From contig NZ_JAYKGW010000070.1 of the NCBI RefSeq assembly GCF_035285525.1, positions 1 to 32,000 of the forward strand: DNA of 32,000 nucleotides, read 5' to 3'. Positions 1 to 8,888 of this stretch are shown one piece after another (the first letter of the stretch is position 1; each line of letters opens with the position of its first letter). Below the pieces are notes generated by a model, which was not told the DNA's origin, did no database searches, and was given only the letters and a program-made list of their open reading frames with translations. The position numbers were made by a program, and so were the translations under genes. This DNA comes from Okeania sp. (GTDB lineage: Bacteria > Cyanobacteriota > Cyanobacteriia > Cyanobacteriales > Microcoleaceae).

Positions 1-414
1 GTTCATGCTGGAGGCAACCGAGGTCGTGGTCAGGTTTATCCTGGTGGTGCGAAGAGCAATAATACTGTTTACAATGCTTCTGCTAGTGGTAAGATTACTG
101 ACATTACTTTTGAAGAGTATGAAGGTAATTACATTACTATTGAAACTGCCGATGGTGAGACTGTCGAAGATTTAGTGCCTGCTGGTCCTGAACTTTTGGT
201 TGGTGTAGGAGATACTGTTGAAGCAGGTCAAGTTATTACTAATAATCCTAATGTTGGTGGTTTTGGTCAAGCAGATACAGAAATTGTATTGCAAGATGCA
301 AATCGAGTTAAATGGTTAATGGCATTTTTTGCCTTAGTTATGTTAGCTCAAGTTATGTTGGTTTTGAAGAAGAAACAAGTGGAGAAGGTTCAAGCTGCGG
401 AATTAAATTTCTAG
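1..414 (+). CDS. petA: cytochrome f, 3' portion; the CDS enters from the left window edge
   Basis: Frame 1 is open from nt 1. It reads [27 protein letters not shown]...[57 protein letters not shown]. That is the conserved end of the cytochrome f lumenal domain, the C-terminal TM anchor and the KKKQxEKVQ tail. Track ORF 175..414 is only the part after an internal GTG. Confidence 0.93.
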   Translation, partial: VHAGGNRGRGQVYPGGAKSNNTVYNASASGKITDITFEEYEGNYITIETADGETVEDLVPAGPELLVGVGDTVEAGQVITNNPNVGGFGQADTEIVLQDANRVKWLMAFFALVMLAQVMLVLKKKQVEKVQAAELNF

Positions 415-450
415 GTTTGCTGGATTTTTCCTTTCAAAATTGACTGATGG

Positions 451-511
451 GGAGCAAAGCATTGGGAGTGGAGGTGCAACTTCATTTCTGAAGCTTTGCT
501 CCTTAGTTTTT
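451..511 (+). terminator. possible rho-independent terminator after petA
   Basis: GGAGCAAAGC (451-460) pairs with GCTTTGCTCC (493-502), followed by TTAGTTTTT. The loop is long (about 32 nt), so this is tentative. Confidence 0.4.
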
Positions 512-518
512 CCATTCA

Positions 519-1097
519 TTAATCAAATTTAATTTTGTCATATAAGTCAGCTAAATTAATTTCAAAGTCAATAAATTTTAGAGATAATTTACTATCTTCT
601 CCTCTATATTCAGATAATAACCATTTTCCTGTTTCTGTTTGAGTAAATTGTTCAATTTGCATTGTATATTGGTCGATTAAAATATATTCTTTGAAAGTAG
701 GAATAGTACGATAGGCAGAAAATTTTTGATCTCGGTCAAAACTTTCTATTGATGTTGATCAAACTTCGGCAATAATAATAGGATTAGTTAAAGTATCTCG
801 TCTTCCTTTCTAAAATTGTAATTCACCTTCAATTATCATTATGTCAGGATAGGTGTAAATTTTTTCTGTAGGAATCCATAATCTTTGATATGTGAAAAAA
901 ATACGATAGGGTTGACGTTTCAAAGCAAAATTTAGAGCTGCATAAAAATTGCCCACAATTTGGTTATGATTGGGAGTACCACCTGTCATAGAAATAATTT
1001 CACCATTAATATATTCATGTTTTTCTTCTGAGTTAATTTCTAAATCAAGGTATTCTTCTGGAGAATAGGATTTTTCGGTTTTGATTTGTGTCAGCAT
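519..1097 (-). pseudogene. Uma2 family (DUF820) endonuclease-like gene with two in-frame stop codons
   Basis: Track ORF 810..1097 gives the Uma2 N-terminal half (YSPEEYLDLE...HEYINGEIISMTGGTPNHNQIVGNFYAAL). The same frame continues below the TAG at 810-812 (KGRRDTLTNPIIIAEV), hits TGA at 759-761, then reads STSIESFDRDQKFSAYRTIPTFKEYILIDQ...LADLYDKIKFD* to the stop at 519-521. There is no frameshift. Confidence 0.8.
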
Positions 1098-1252
1098 TAT
1101 AATTCATTCCTTATGATATTTTTTCATTTTTTTTAACGCTAATTTTCCCTACATTATACTGCAAAAAAAATTAGTTTAATACTATCACTATCAATTAATT
1201 CTATAAAATGATATAATCCCCAAGTTAATCTAGTCAAAAATTAATAACATAA

Positions 1253-2101
1253 ATGTCAATTGAAAAAAAAGATATAATTGTGGGTTCCCTCGAATGGTTT
1301 TATCGGGAAGTTCAACCAAATAAAGAAACAGATAAATTGCCAGTATTACTATTACATGGTTTACCTTCTCAAAGCCATAGTTGGACAATAATTATGCCCG
1401 AATTAGCTCAAGCAGGTTATCGAGCGATCGCTCCTGACTGGATAGGTTGTGGTTTGTCTCCGAAATTAGATAAAAGAGATTTTTCCTACAAACCAGAAGC
1501 TTTTATTAAGGCTTTAGCAGAATTAATTAATAGTTTAGAACTTGAACGTTTCTATCTAGTTGTACAAGGATTTTTAGGTTCTGTTGGTTTACAATATGCG
1601 TTAAGAAATCCCGAAAAAATTGAAGGTTTAATTATTTTAAATACTCCTATTTCTACTACGGCAAAATTACCTTGGCAAATGCAACAATTAGGCATACCTT
1701 TTGTTGGGGATATGCTGACTCAAGATCCTCTATTTGTAGATAGAACTTTAGAAAAAGGTAGTTGTTTAATAGTTGCTGATGAAGATTTAGATGTGTATCG
1801 TAGTCCTTATTTAAAAAGTTCTGCTGCTGGTAGAGCTATATTAGCAATTGTCAAAAATTTAGATTTAAAAAAATCAATGGCAGAAATTGAATCTGGTTTT
1901 AAAAGATGGCAGCAACCAACATTAATTATTTGGGGTATAAAAGACCCTTGGTTAGATATTAGTCAAGCAGAAAATTTAGCTAATATTTGTCAGAATGGAA
2001 AGTTAGTTAAATTGTCAGAAGCAGCACATTATCCCCAAGAACATTGGTCAGGAGATATTATAGATGAACTTCTATTATTTTTGAGACAAACAAAAGTTTA
2101 G
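1253..2101 (+). CDS. alpha/beta-fold hydrolase, haloalkane-dehalogenase-like
   Basis: 282-aa ORF with PVLLLHGLPSQSHSW, a LVVQGFLGSVGL elbow region, LIILNTP and a C-terminal AAHYPQEH, as in the dehalogenase-like alpha/beta hydrolase fold. Confidence 0.85.
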   Translation: MSIEKKDIIVGSLEWFYREVQPNKETDKLPVLLLHGLPSQSHSWTIIMPELAQAGYRAIAPDWIGCGLSPKLDKRDFSYKPEAFIKALAELINSLELERFYLVVQGFLGSVGLQYALRNPEKIEGLIILNTPISTTAKLPWQMQQLGIPFVGDMLTQDPLFVDRTLEKGSCLIVADEDLDVYRSPYLKSSAAGRAILAIVKNLDLKKSMAEIESGFKRWQQPTLIIWGIKDPWLDISQAENLANICQNGKLVKLSEAAHYPQEHWSGDIIDELLLFLRQTKV

Positions 2102-2140
2102 AAGGAAGAAGGAAGAAGGAATAAGAAAAGTAAATGAGTA

Positions 2141-2385
2141 TATAGCAATCCTATTTTATTAGTGTCAAAAATTTAGTTTCTTTTAGGGAATACGTGGGAG
2201 TCTCGAATTTTATTTCTAGTTTTTGAATTCTTATAAGCTATTTAGGATGGCTATATCATCTTTGCACTTCTTTGAAAGTAATGTAATTAAGTGGCTATTT
2301 AAGTTTTTTGGTGATGGTCAAATACTAGATTTCCCAAAACTTTTTCAGTACGGAATTTTGCCACAACCTATTTAGGATTGCTATA
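2141..2385. mobile_element. MITE-like element, bracketed by inverted GAAGGAA-type heptamer runs at 2101-2128 and 2413-2440
   Basis: Terminal inverted repeats TATAGCAATCCTATTTTATTAGTG (2141-) and CACAACCTATTTAGGATTGCTATA (-2385). The same termini and the internal GTGTCAAAAAT box recur at 27371-27501. Confidence 0.55.
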
Positions 2386-2553
2386 GATCAATATAGTTTA
2401 ATCAGTAAGCCCTACTTCTTTCTTATTCCTTCTTCCTTACCAAAAAATAAAGATATAAAGTCTTTCCATTCATGGATGGATAAAAAAGAAAAAAAATTCT
2501 TTTTAGTCAATCTTCTTATTATGAAAGAATAGGTAATTATTAATTATTGAATC

Positions 2554-3555
2554 CTACCAGTTAAGCAACAATTTTTCTAACTTTTGTTGTACCTCTATCT
2601 GATTGATATAGTCATCTGTTCTCTTTAAGATTGCCTGCAAATTTGGTTGCCGAGCATCATCCATTTTCAGCAACGGTTCCTTCAAAGGTAATTGTAGACG
2701 CATATACCGTGGTTTACTGTCATTTTCCGTCCCACCTATAATTTGTTCTGCAACATATCGATGTATATCAGGGGGAGCATCCATAAATATATCTGCAATA
2801 CGCAACCCCCATTGAATAAGTCCCCAACCTCGCACTTGCTCCCAGGGAATGGGAGATGCCGGATCTCCAGTACCAATAGATATTACTTTTATTCCTTCAA
2901 CAATCTCTCCTACAGATTTATCAGTAGACTGGCGTAATAGCTTAATAGCTTCTGCCACAGCACAGGAAACAGGATTATTAGCACAAACTCCTCCATCAAT
3001 CAAAGAGTAAACCTTTCCATCCTGTTCAATTCGGTGGGCAGGAAAATAAGTTGGAGCTGACGCAGAACAAAGACAAATTTCCCAGAGTGGAATATTGGCA
3101 TACCAGCGATGGTGATTCCAGCTCTTAAATATCACCGGATCACGGGCAATAGTATCATAGCTAGGAATAATAACTTTTAAGGAATCTCTTGATGGTGTAA
3201 TATCAGGAAATTTCTGCTCTCCAAATTGCTCCTGAAGTACAGCCATTAAACCTTCGCTAGAAAACTTGGGAGCAGAAAGACCATATTTGAAAATTAGTGG
3301 TAGGCGTTTGAGTGAGAAGAGTTTTTGGTAGGGAAATATTTGCAAACCTTTCTCTAGATATAGATTTAATAATTCTTCGGCACTTTTCCCTAGAGCTATT
3401 CCTACCGCTAACATTGATCCTGTTGAAGTACCAGCTATTAAATCAAAGTGGTCTTTTAAAGGGCTGCCTAATTTTTGCTCCATCTGCTGAAGAATAAGAG
3501 CGGGCATAACACCTCTAATACCACCACCATCTAAGCATAATATCCGAAAAGTCAT
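2554..3555 (-). CDS. patatin-like phospholipase
   Basis: 333-aa ORF with the oxyanion motif DGGGIRG, the nucleophile elbow GTSTGS and the catalytic Asp motif IDGGVCANNP. Confidence 0.9.
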   Translation of the reverse strand: MTFRILCLDGGGIRGVMPALILQQMEQKLGSPLKDHFDLIAGTSTGSMLAVGIALGKSAEELLNLYLEKGLQIFPYQKLFSLKRLPLIFKYGLSAPKFSSEGLMAVLQEQFGEQKFPDITPSRDSLKVIIPSYDTIARDPVIFKSWNHHRWYANIPLWEICLCSASAPTYFPAHRIEQDGKVYSLIDGGVCANNPVSCAVAEAIKLLRQSTDKSVGEIVEGIKVISIGTGDPASPIPWEQVRGWGLIQWGLRIADIFMDAPPDIHRYVAEQIIGGTENDSKPRYMRLQLPLKEPLLKMDDARQPNLQAILKRTDDYINQIEVQQKLEKLLLNW

Positions 3556-3974
3556 AATTTATTTTCTCCTGTATTGATTTGGCAATCCTAAAAATGACTA
3601 AGCAAACCAAGTATTGATTTTACGTTATTTTGTCTTAAAGTTCCCTGATGAATTATAATTAATAAAAAGATAGTAAGCATTAGCTATTAGCAAGGCTCTT
3701 GGGTCGTAACTGCGCAATTCAGAAGTCAGCTCAAGCGCTCTTTTAATTTCTACTTTTCAACCATATAGTAGTTGTTCAACTTAAAAATGAGACAAGTGTT
3801 TATTACTATGAAAATATTTCAGCAAAAAAAATATTTCATCCTGAAATTAAATAACTATATCAGTTGACAACCCATAAATGTCAGAAATGATAGATTGGTC
3901 TCAGTAGCTAATAGTTATTAGCTGACTGCTGATAGCTTACAAAATATAGGAATTATCTCTTAATTTTAATTAAA

Positions 3975-4769
3975 ATGAAAACTGCATTAATTACAGGTGC
4001 TTCTTCTGGAATTGGTAAAACTTTTGCTCAAGAACTAGCAGCCATAAAAACTAATTTAGTATTAGTTTCTCGTTCGTCAGATAAATTATATGAATTAGCA
4101 AATAAATTAGAAAATAAATATCAAATTCATACTGATGTAATAGTTCAAGATTTAACAGAGGTAGCCGCTACAAAGTCTGTTTTTGAAGTTGTTTTAGAAA
4201 AAGGATTAACTATAGATTTATTGGTTAATAATGCTGGTTTTGGAGATTATGGAATTTTTACTGAAAGACCTTTAGCAAAGCAGGTAAATATGATTCAATT
4301 AAATATTACTGCTTTAGTTGAATTAACACATTTATTTTTACCTGGAATGCAAGAACGCAAGTCTGGGGGAATTATTAATGTTGCTTCAATTGGTGGATTT
4401 CAACCTTTGCCTTATGTTTCGGTTTATGGTGCAACTAAGGCTTTTGTTTTGAGTTTTAGTGAGGCTTTGTGGGCAGAAAATCAAGATTCAGGGGTGAAGA
4501 TATTAGCTCTTTGTCCTGGACCTACAGAATCAAATTTTTTCCAAAAAGCAGAATTTCCTAGCTCTGCTGGAGGAGGTTCAATGCAAAAATTGGCATCTGC
4601 TAAAGAGGTAGTAAAAGATGCTCTTCAAGCATTAGAAAAAAATCAGTCTAATGTTGTTACTGGAGGATTTTTAAATCAGGTTATTGTTAATAGTTCTCGT
4701 TTTCTTCCACGAGAAATTTTAGTTAGTGCAGTCGCAAAACAGTTTAAAAGCCTAAAGTCTAATTATTAA
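3975..4769 (+). CDS. short-chain dehydrogenase/reductase (SDR) family oxidoreductase
   Basis: TGASSGIGK cofactor motif, NNAG, and the catalytic S...YGATKAF (YxxxK). Confidence 0.9.
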   Translation: MKTALITGASSGIGKTFAQELAAIKTNLVLVSRSSDKLYELANKLENKYQIHTDVIVQDLTEVAATKSVFEVVLEKGLTIDLLVNNAGFGDYGIFTERPLAKQVNMIQLNITALVELTHLFLPGMQERKSGGIINVASIGGFQPLPYVSVYGATKAFVLSFSEALWAENQDSGVKILALCPGPTESNFFQKAEFPSSAGGGSMQKLASAKEVVKDALQALEKNQSNVVTGGFLNQVIVNSSRFLPREILVSAVAKQFKSLKSNY

Positions 4770-4770
4770 T

Positions 4771-5295
4771 AATTAGGGCTTGCTGATTAAATCTAAAAGT
4801 CTTCATAGATAAATATTTCAGTCTTTTTATAGTCTAAAAAAGTGCAAGTTTTTAGGAGAATTAGGTTGAAAAACTTAGGATTTTACATGAACTAAGACAG
4901 AAAAATTAAGAAACTCTAACTTCAACTACTTCCTCTGTAACTTTCCTAAATCCTTACTCTTAACTACTCCCTATCTCGACAAAAAGACTGAAGAAGCGCA
5001 AACTCTAATTAGGGTTTGCTGAATTATTGATGAAAGCCTTTACAGATAAATATTTTAGCATTTTTAGGTAGGTCAAAAGTACCAGCTTTTAAGTCTTGAA
5101 AGCTGAAAAGTCTAGGATTTTCTGCCATAATTAGCAGATTTTTCGGGAACCGTAAATCAAGAGATAATTCTTCTGTACGGACGTTGCATGCAACGTCCCT
5201 ACTCTTCTGTAACTCCTATTCCCATCAGGATTCTGGATTGCTCGATTTTGGCTTCTCCTTGCTACTAAAAGACTTTTTCAGCAAGCTCTAATTAA
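4771..5295. mobile_element. two tandem MITE-like elements sharing AATTAGGGCTTGCTGA / TCAGCAAGCTCTAATT termini
   Basis: The left terminus is at 4771 and again at about 5007. The inverted right terminus is at 5276-5295. The second copy carries the palindrome GGACGTTGCATGCAACGTCC. A further left terminus is at 29024-29045. Confidence 0.6.
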
Positions 5296-5497
5296 AGATT
5301 ATTTCTTGCTAAAGAGGATTCTAAATTAGTGCAGAAATATTATTTCTTTTCTTTCCTGAAAAGGAGAGGCTTTAAACCTCTGAATATCAATTATTCATTA
5401 TTCACTATCTATTGGTAAATCTATTGCCAAAATGGTCATTTCCATTTTAAATCTAATAATAGAATCCTAAAATTAGTCTTGACAAATAAAGGAGATT

Positions 5498-5944
5498 ATG
5501 TTAAAAAAACAATCCATAGTATTATGGGTAATGGCACTATTAATGGCATTTTTGGCGAGTTGTAGTTCTCCGACTCCACCACCAACTTACTCCGATGCTC
5601 AATTACAGAAAATAGAACTTTCTACTTCTGGAATACAAGCTTTGCGCGATCGCATGGTGGATGAGCTAGAAAGTCTAATTCAAAAAGGTGACTGGGTAAA
5701 TGTGGGTACATTTATCCACGGGCCTTTGGGAGATTTACGGAGTAAAACTAATTATTTGACCCAAATTTTACTCTTAGAAAAAGACAAAGCACCTGTGATA
5801 GATGCAGCCAAAAAAGTATATGAAGATTTAGAGAGTATTGATGTAGCAGCAGCAGCAAATGATACAACGGCAGCTCTAAATAACTATGAAAAAGCAGTAG
5901 CTGATTTTGATACTTTCTTAGGTTTGGTGCCAACAGATAGTTAA
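5498..5944 (+). CDS. psbQ: photosystem II extrinsic lipoprotein CyanoQ (PsbQ)
   Basis: Lipoprotein signal (LASCSS). The mature part (W..V.TFIHGPLGDLR...A..VYEDLESIDVAAA...A...YEKAVADFDTFLGLVP) matches my recollection of cyanobacterial PsbQ such as Synechocystis Sll1638. Confidence 0.85.
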   Translation: MLKKQSIVLWVMALLMAFLASCSSPTPPPTYSDAQLQKIELSTSGIQALRDRMVDELESLIQKGDWVNVGTFIHGPLGDLRSKTNYLTQILLLEKDKAPVIDAAKKVYEDLESIDVAAAANDTTAALNNYEKAVADFDTFLGLVPTDS

Positions 5945-5990
5945 GTAGCTTTCAGCTTAAGTCAAAACTATAACAATCCTATAGAAAACA

Positions 5991-6160
5991 GGGAGAAAGG
6001 GAGAGTGGGAGTAGGGGAGAGGGAGAGGGGAAGACACGGAGACGCGGATATCTGTCACCGTGCCATCGTGTCAAATCTTAAAAACTTACTCTTACTCTCC
6101 CCGACTCCCCGACTTCCCGACTCCCCGACTCCCCGACTCCCTACTCCCTACTGCCTACTC
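5991..6160. repeat. long imperfect inverted repeat: purine-rich GGGAGA arm versus tandem CTCCCCGA octamers and CTCCCTA heptamers
   Basis: The G-rich arm at 5991-6040 is roughly complementary to the C-rich arm at 6096-6160 (CTCCCCGACTCCCCGACTTCCCGACTCCCCGACTCCCCGACTCCCTACTCCCTAC). It lies between the psbQ stop and the ATG at 6174. Confidence 0.7.
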
Positions 6161-6173
6161 TCTATAGAAAAAT

Positions 6174-7340
6174 ATGACTCATATAGTAATTATTGGATGC
6201 GGAATAGTTGGAGCGACGATCGCTTACCAACTTAGCAAAATAGAAGGTTTAAAAATTACAGTATTAGATAAACAAATGCCAGCTCAAGAATCTACTGGTG
6301 CTGCTTTGGGTGTTTTGATGGGAGTTATTAGTCAAAAAGCTAAAGGTAGACCTTGGAAAATGAGACGGATGAGTGTGCAAGCTTATCATAGTTTAATTCC
6401 GGAGTTAGAAGCCAAAATAAATCGGTCTATTCCTCATAACCGTCAAGGTATTTTACATTTGTGTTTTGAAGATAATCTAGATAAATGGCAAAGATTAATT
6501 GATATTCGAGAAGCAGACGGTTGGCCATTAGAAATGTGGAATGTCGAACAACTGAGCGATCGCTGCCCCCAACTGGAAACATCGGAGGTGAAGGCAGCTA
6601 TTTATTCTCCTCAAGATTTACAAATCAATCCTAGGGAGTTAACTTTAGCTTTAGTGGAAGCTGCTCAACAAAATGGGGTTAAGTTTCATTTTGGAGTTAC
6701 TGTTACGCAATATAAAACTATTTCTCATCCCAAAAATGAATTTAGTTGTCGCCAAGTTTATATCAAAAGTTTGGATGAGGGAAAAAAAGCTCCTGCTTTA
6801 CCAGATGTAGATTGGTTGGTTGTGGCTGCGGGGTTAGGTTCATTGTCCTGTTTGCAAGGAATAAATGGGGGTAAACTACGGTCTCTGGAACTCAAGCGTA
6901 AATCTAATCTGGAGAATAAATTTACTATTGTGCCTGTGTTAGGTCAAGCTTTACATCTCCAAGTACCAGCACTTTTGGGAAATCCAGATTTTCAACCAGT
7001 GATAACTGGGGATGATGTGCATATTGTACCAGTGGCAGAAAATGAATATTGGGTGGGAGCAACTGTTGAGTTTCCTAATGATAGGGGTGAAGTGGTAGCT
7101 GACTCTAGTTTATTAGATACGGCGATGGCAAGAGCTATTAGTTTTTGTCCGGGTTTAGCAGAAGGAACTATTCTCAGGAAATGGTCTGGTTTACGACCTC
7201 GCCCAGAAGGTCAAGCTGCTCCTGCTGTTGGTTATTTGGAAGGGTTTAAAAATGTGTTGTTAGCAACTGGTCATTATCGGAATGGAGTTTTGTTAGCTCC
7301 AGCAACCGCAGAAGCAGTTGAGAAAATGATTGTGAAATAG
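6174..7340 (+). CDS. FAD-dependent oxidoreductase, DAO family (glycine oxidase ThiO-like)
   Basis: N-terminal dinucleotide fold VIIGCGIVGATIAYQLS, and a C-terminal W.GLRP...GHYRNG.LLAP typical of DAO/ThiO-type flavoenzymes. Confidence 0.82.
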   Translation: MTHIVIIGCGIVGATIAYQLSKIEGLKITVLDKQMPAQESTGAALGVLMGVISQKAKGRPWKMRRMSVQAYHSLIPELEAKINRSIPHNRQGILHLCFEDNLDKWQRLIDIREADGWPLEMWNVEQLSDRCPQLETSEVKAAIYSPQDLQINPRELTLALVEAAQQNGVKFHFGVTVTQYKTISHPKNEFSCRQVYIKSLDEGKKAPALPDVDWLVVAAGLGSLSCLQGINGGKLRSLELKRKSNLENKFTIVPVLGQALHLQVPALLGNPDFQPVITGDDVHIVPVAENEYWVGATVEFPNDRGEVVADSSLLDTAMARAISFCPGLAEGTILRKWSGLRPRPEGQAAPAVGYLEGFKNVLLATGHYRNGVLLAPATAEAVEKMIVK

Positions 7341-7477
7341 AAGGAAGAAGGCTTTAGTTATCTAGGAGAGAAGGAAGAAGAAAAGTATTGTAAAGTTTTA
7401 TCAATTTTATAGAAAAAGACAGGAAAACAACTAAAAATATCTTAGACTGAGAAAGGAAAGCCCCAACAGCTCGTTAA

Positions 7478-8767
7478 ATGTTTACAGGAGGGATGATGCA
7501 GTTAGTGGAACGTACTATCATTAACAAAAATCATCCCAATTATAAATCACTTGATGCTCTAGCTTTCTTGTCTAAAAATCTCTACAATATAGCTAACTAC
7601 ATAGTCAGACAAGAGTTTATTAATAAAGGAAATTATCTAGATTATAAAAAGGTTCAAAATTTATTACAGTCGGGAGTAGATTATCAAGCAATACCAGCCA
7701 AAGTTGCTCAACAGGTTTTGATTCTTTTAGATAAAAATTGGCAAAGTTTTTTTCAAGCTATAAGAGCTTATAATGAATGTCCGAGTAAGTTTAAAAGTCG
7801 TCCTAAATTGCCAAAATATAAAGATAAAAAGAAAGGGAGGAATATTTTAGTCTATACAAAACAAGCCATTAGTAAACCTCAATTAGTCAAAAATAAGAAG
7901 ATATTACTATCAAAAAGTAAGCTATTTTTTGACAGTAAAATAAATTATGATTCTCTGCAACAAGTGAGAATTGTTCCTAAACTTAAATTACTTTGTGATA
8001 GAAGTGGTTTACGAATCCGTTGAAGTTAAATTAGATTTGTCAGAATATCATGTAGCTTCTGTAGATTTGGGAGTGAATAATTTGGCAACTGTAACATCAA
8101 ATAAAAAAGGTTTTCAACCCTTAATTATTAACGGCAGACCAGTCAAATCAATCAATCAATTCTATAATAAGAAAAAGGGTAAACTACAATCAGAATTAAA
8201 GGATGCTAAAAGTAGTAATCGAATCAAAAGATTATCGACAAAAAGAAATTTAAAGATTGATGATTATCTACATGTATACTAGCAGATATATTATTAATCA
8301 TCTGATAGAGAACCAGATAGGAATTTTAGTAATAGGAAATAATCCTAACTGGAAACAAGGTATAAATCTGGACAAAAAAAACAATCAAAACTTTGTTCAA
8401 ATTCCTTTTTTCAAGTTAATTGAACAACTAAAATACAAAGCCTTGCTTAGTAGGAATCAAAGTAATAATTAATGAAGAGAGTTATACCTCAAAAGCTAGT
8501 TTTTTAGACTGGGACGATTTACCAGTTTATCAAAAAGGTGTCAAATATAAATAAGCGTGGTAAACGAGTGAAAAGAGGACTTTATGAAGCTTCAAATGGT
8601 GTCAAATACAATGAAATGCGTCAATTGAAGTTTAAATATATTACGAAAATTAGTCCCAAACGCTTTTAGCAATGGGATAGAGGAGCCAGTGCGTTGGGGG
8701 GGTTTCCCGACAGTCACGCAACTGGCGTGGTGTTGTAGTTCACCCCATTAAGGTAACACTTAATTAA
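7478..8767 (+). pseudogene. tnpB: IS200/IS605-family TnpB (IS1341-type RNA-guided nuclease) with multiple frameshifts and stops; no tnpA
   Basis: The TnpB sequence is spread over three frames (track ORFs 7478.., 7971.., 8257..). It reads MQLVERTIINKNHPNY...SVDLGVNNLAT (RuvC-I), then ...GIKVIINEESYTSKAS (RuvC-II). A degraded NADVNG region follows (now NEMRQ / MKCVN*) with ..NILRKLVPNAFSNGIEE and a tail VVVHPIKVTLN* ending at 8767. Confidence 0.85.
8685..8727. repeat. small hairpin repeat inserted into the 3' end of the tnpB remnant
   Basis: GCCAGTGCGT...ACGCAACTGGC inverted repeat around GGGGGGGTTTCCC. It interrupts the conserved ...SNGIE|(G)VVVHP... tail of TnpB. Confidence 0.5.
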
Positions 8768-8888
8768 AACACTTGTCAAGGAATATTTTTCTATAGATTT
8801 AGTAACTATGAATCTTCTACAGATAAACCTGTTCTCTCCATACCTATTCCCTGTTCCTTGTTCCCTGTTCCCTATTCCTTTGATTTGC

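Noticed and set aside
2554-3555. Patatin-like phospholipase considered as a CBASS-type defence effector
   Set aside because: No cyclase/nucleotidyltransferase, SAVED or other signalling partner is adjacent. The neighbours are ordinary metabolic genes, so it is treated as a stand-alone lipase.
6005-6235. 76-aa ORF MGVGERERGRHGD...SPTPRLPDSPTPRLP
   Set aside because: It is encoded entirely by the GGGAGA/CTCCCCGA inverted repeat and overlaps the start of the FAD oxidoreductase gene, so it is a repeat-generated artefact.
7971-8472. Track ORFs 7971..8282 and 8257..8472 considered as separate genes
   Set aside because: They are consecutive frameshifted pieces of one TnpB sequence and were merged into the pseudogene call.
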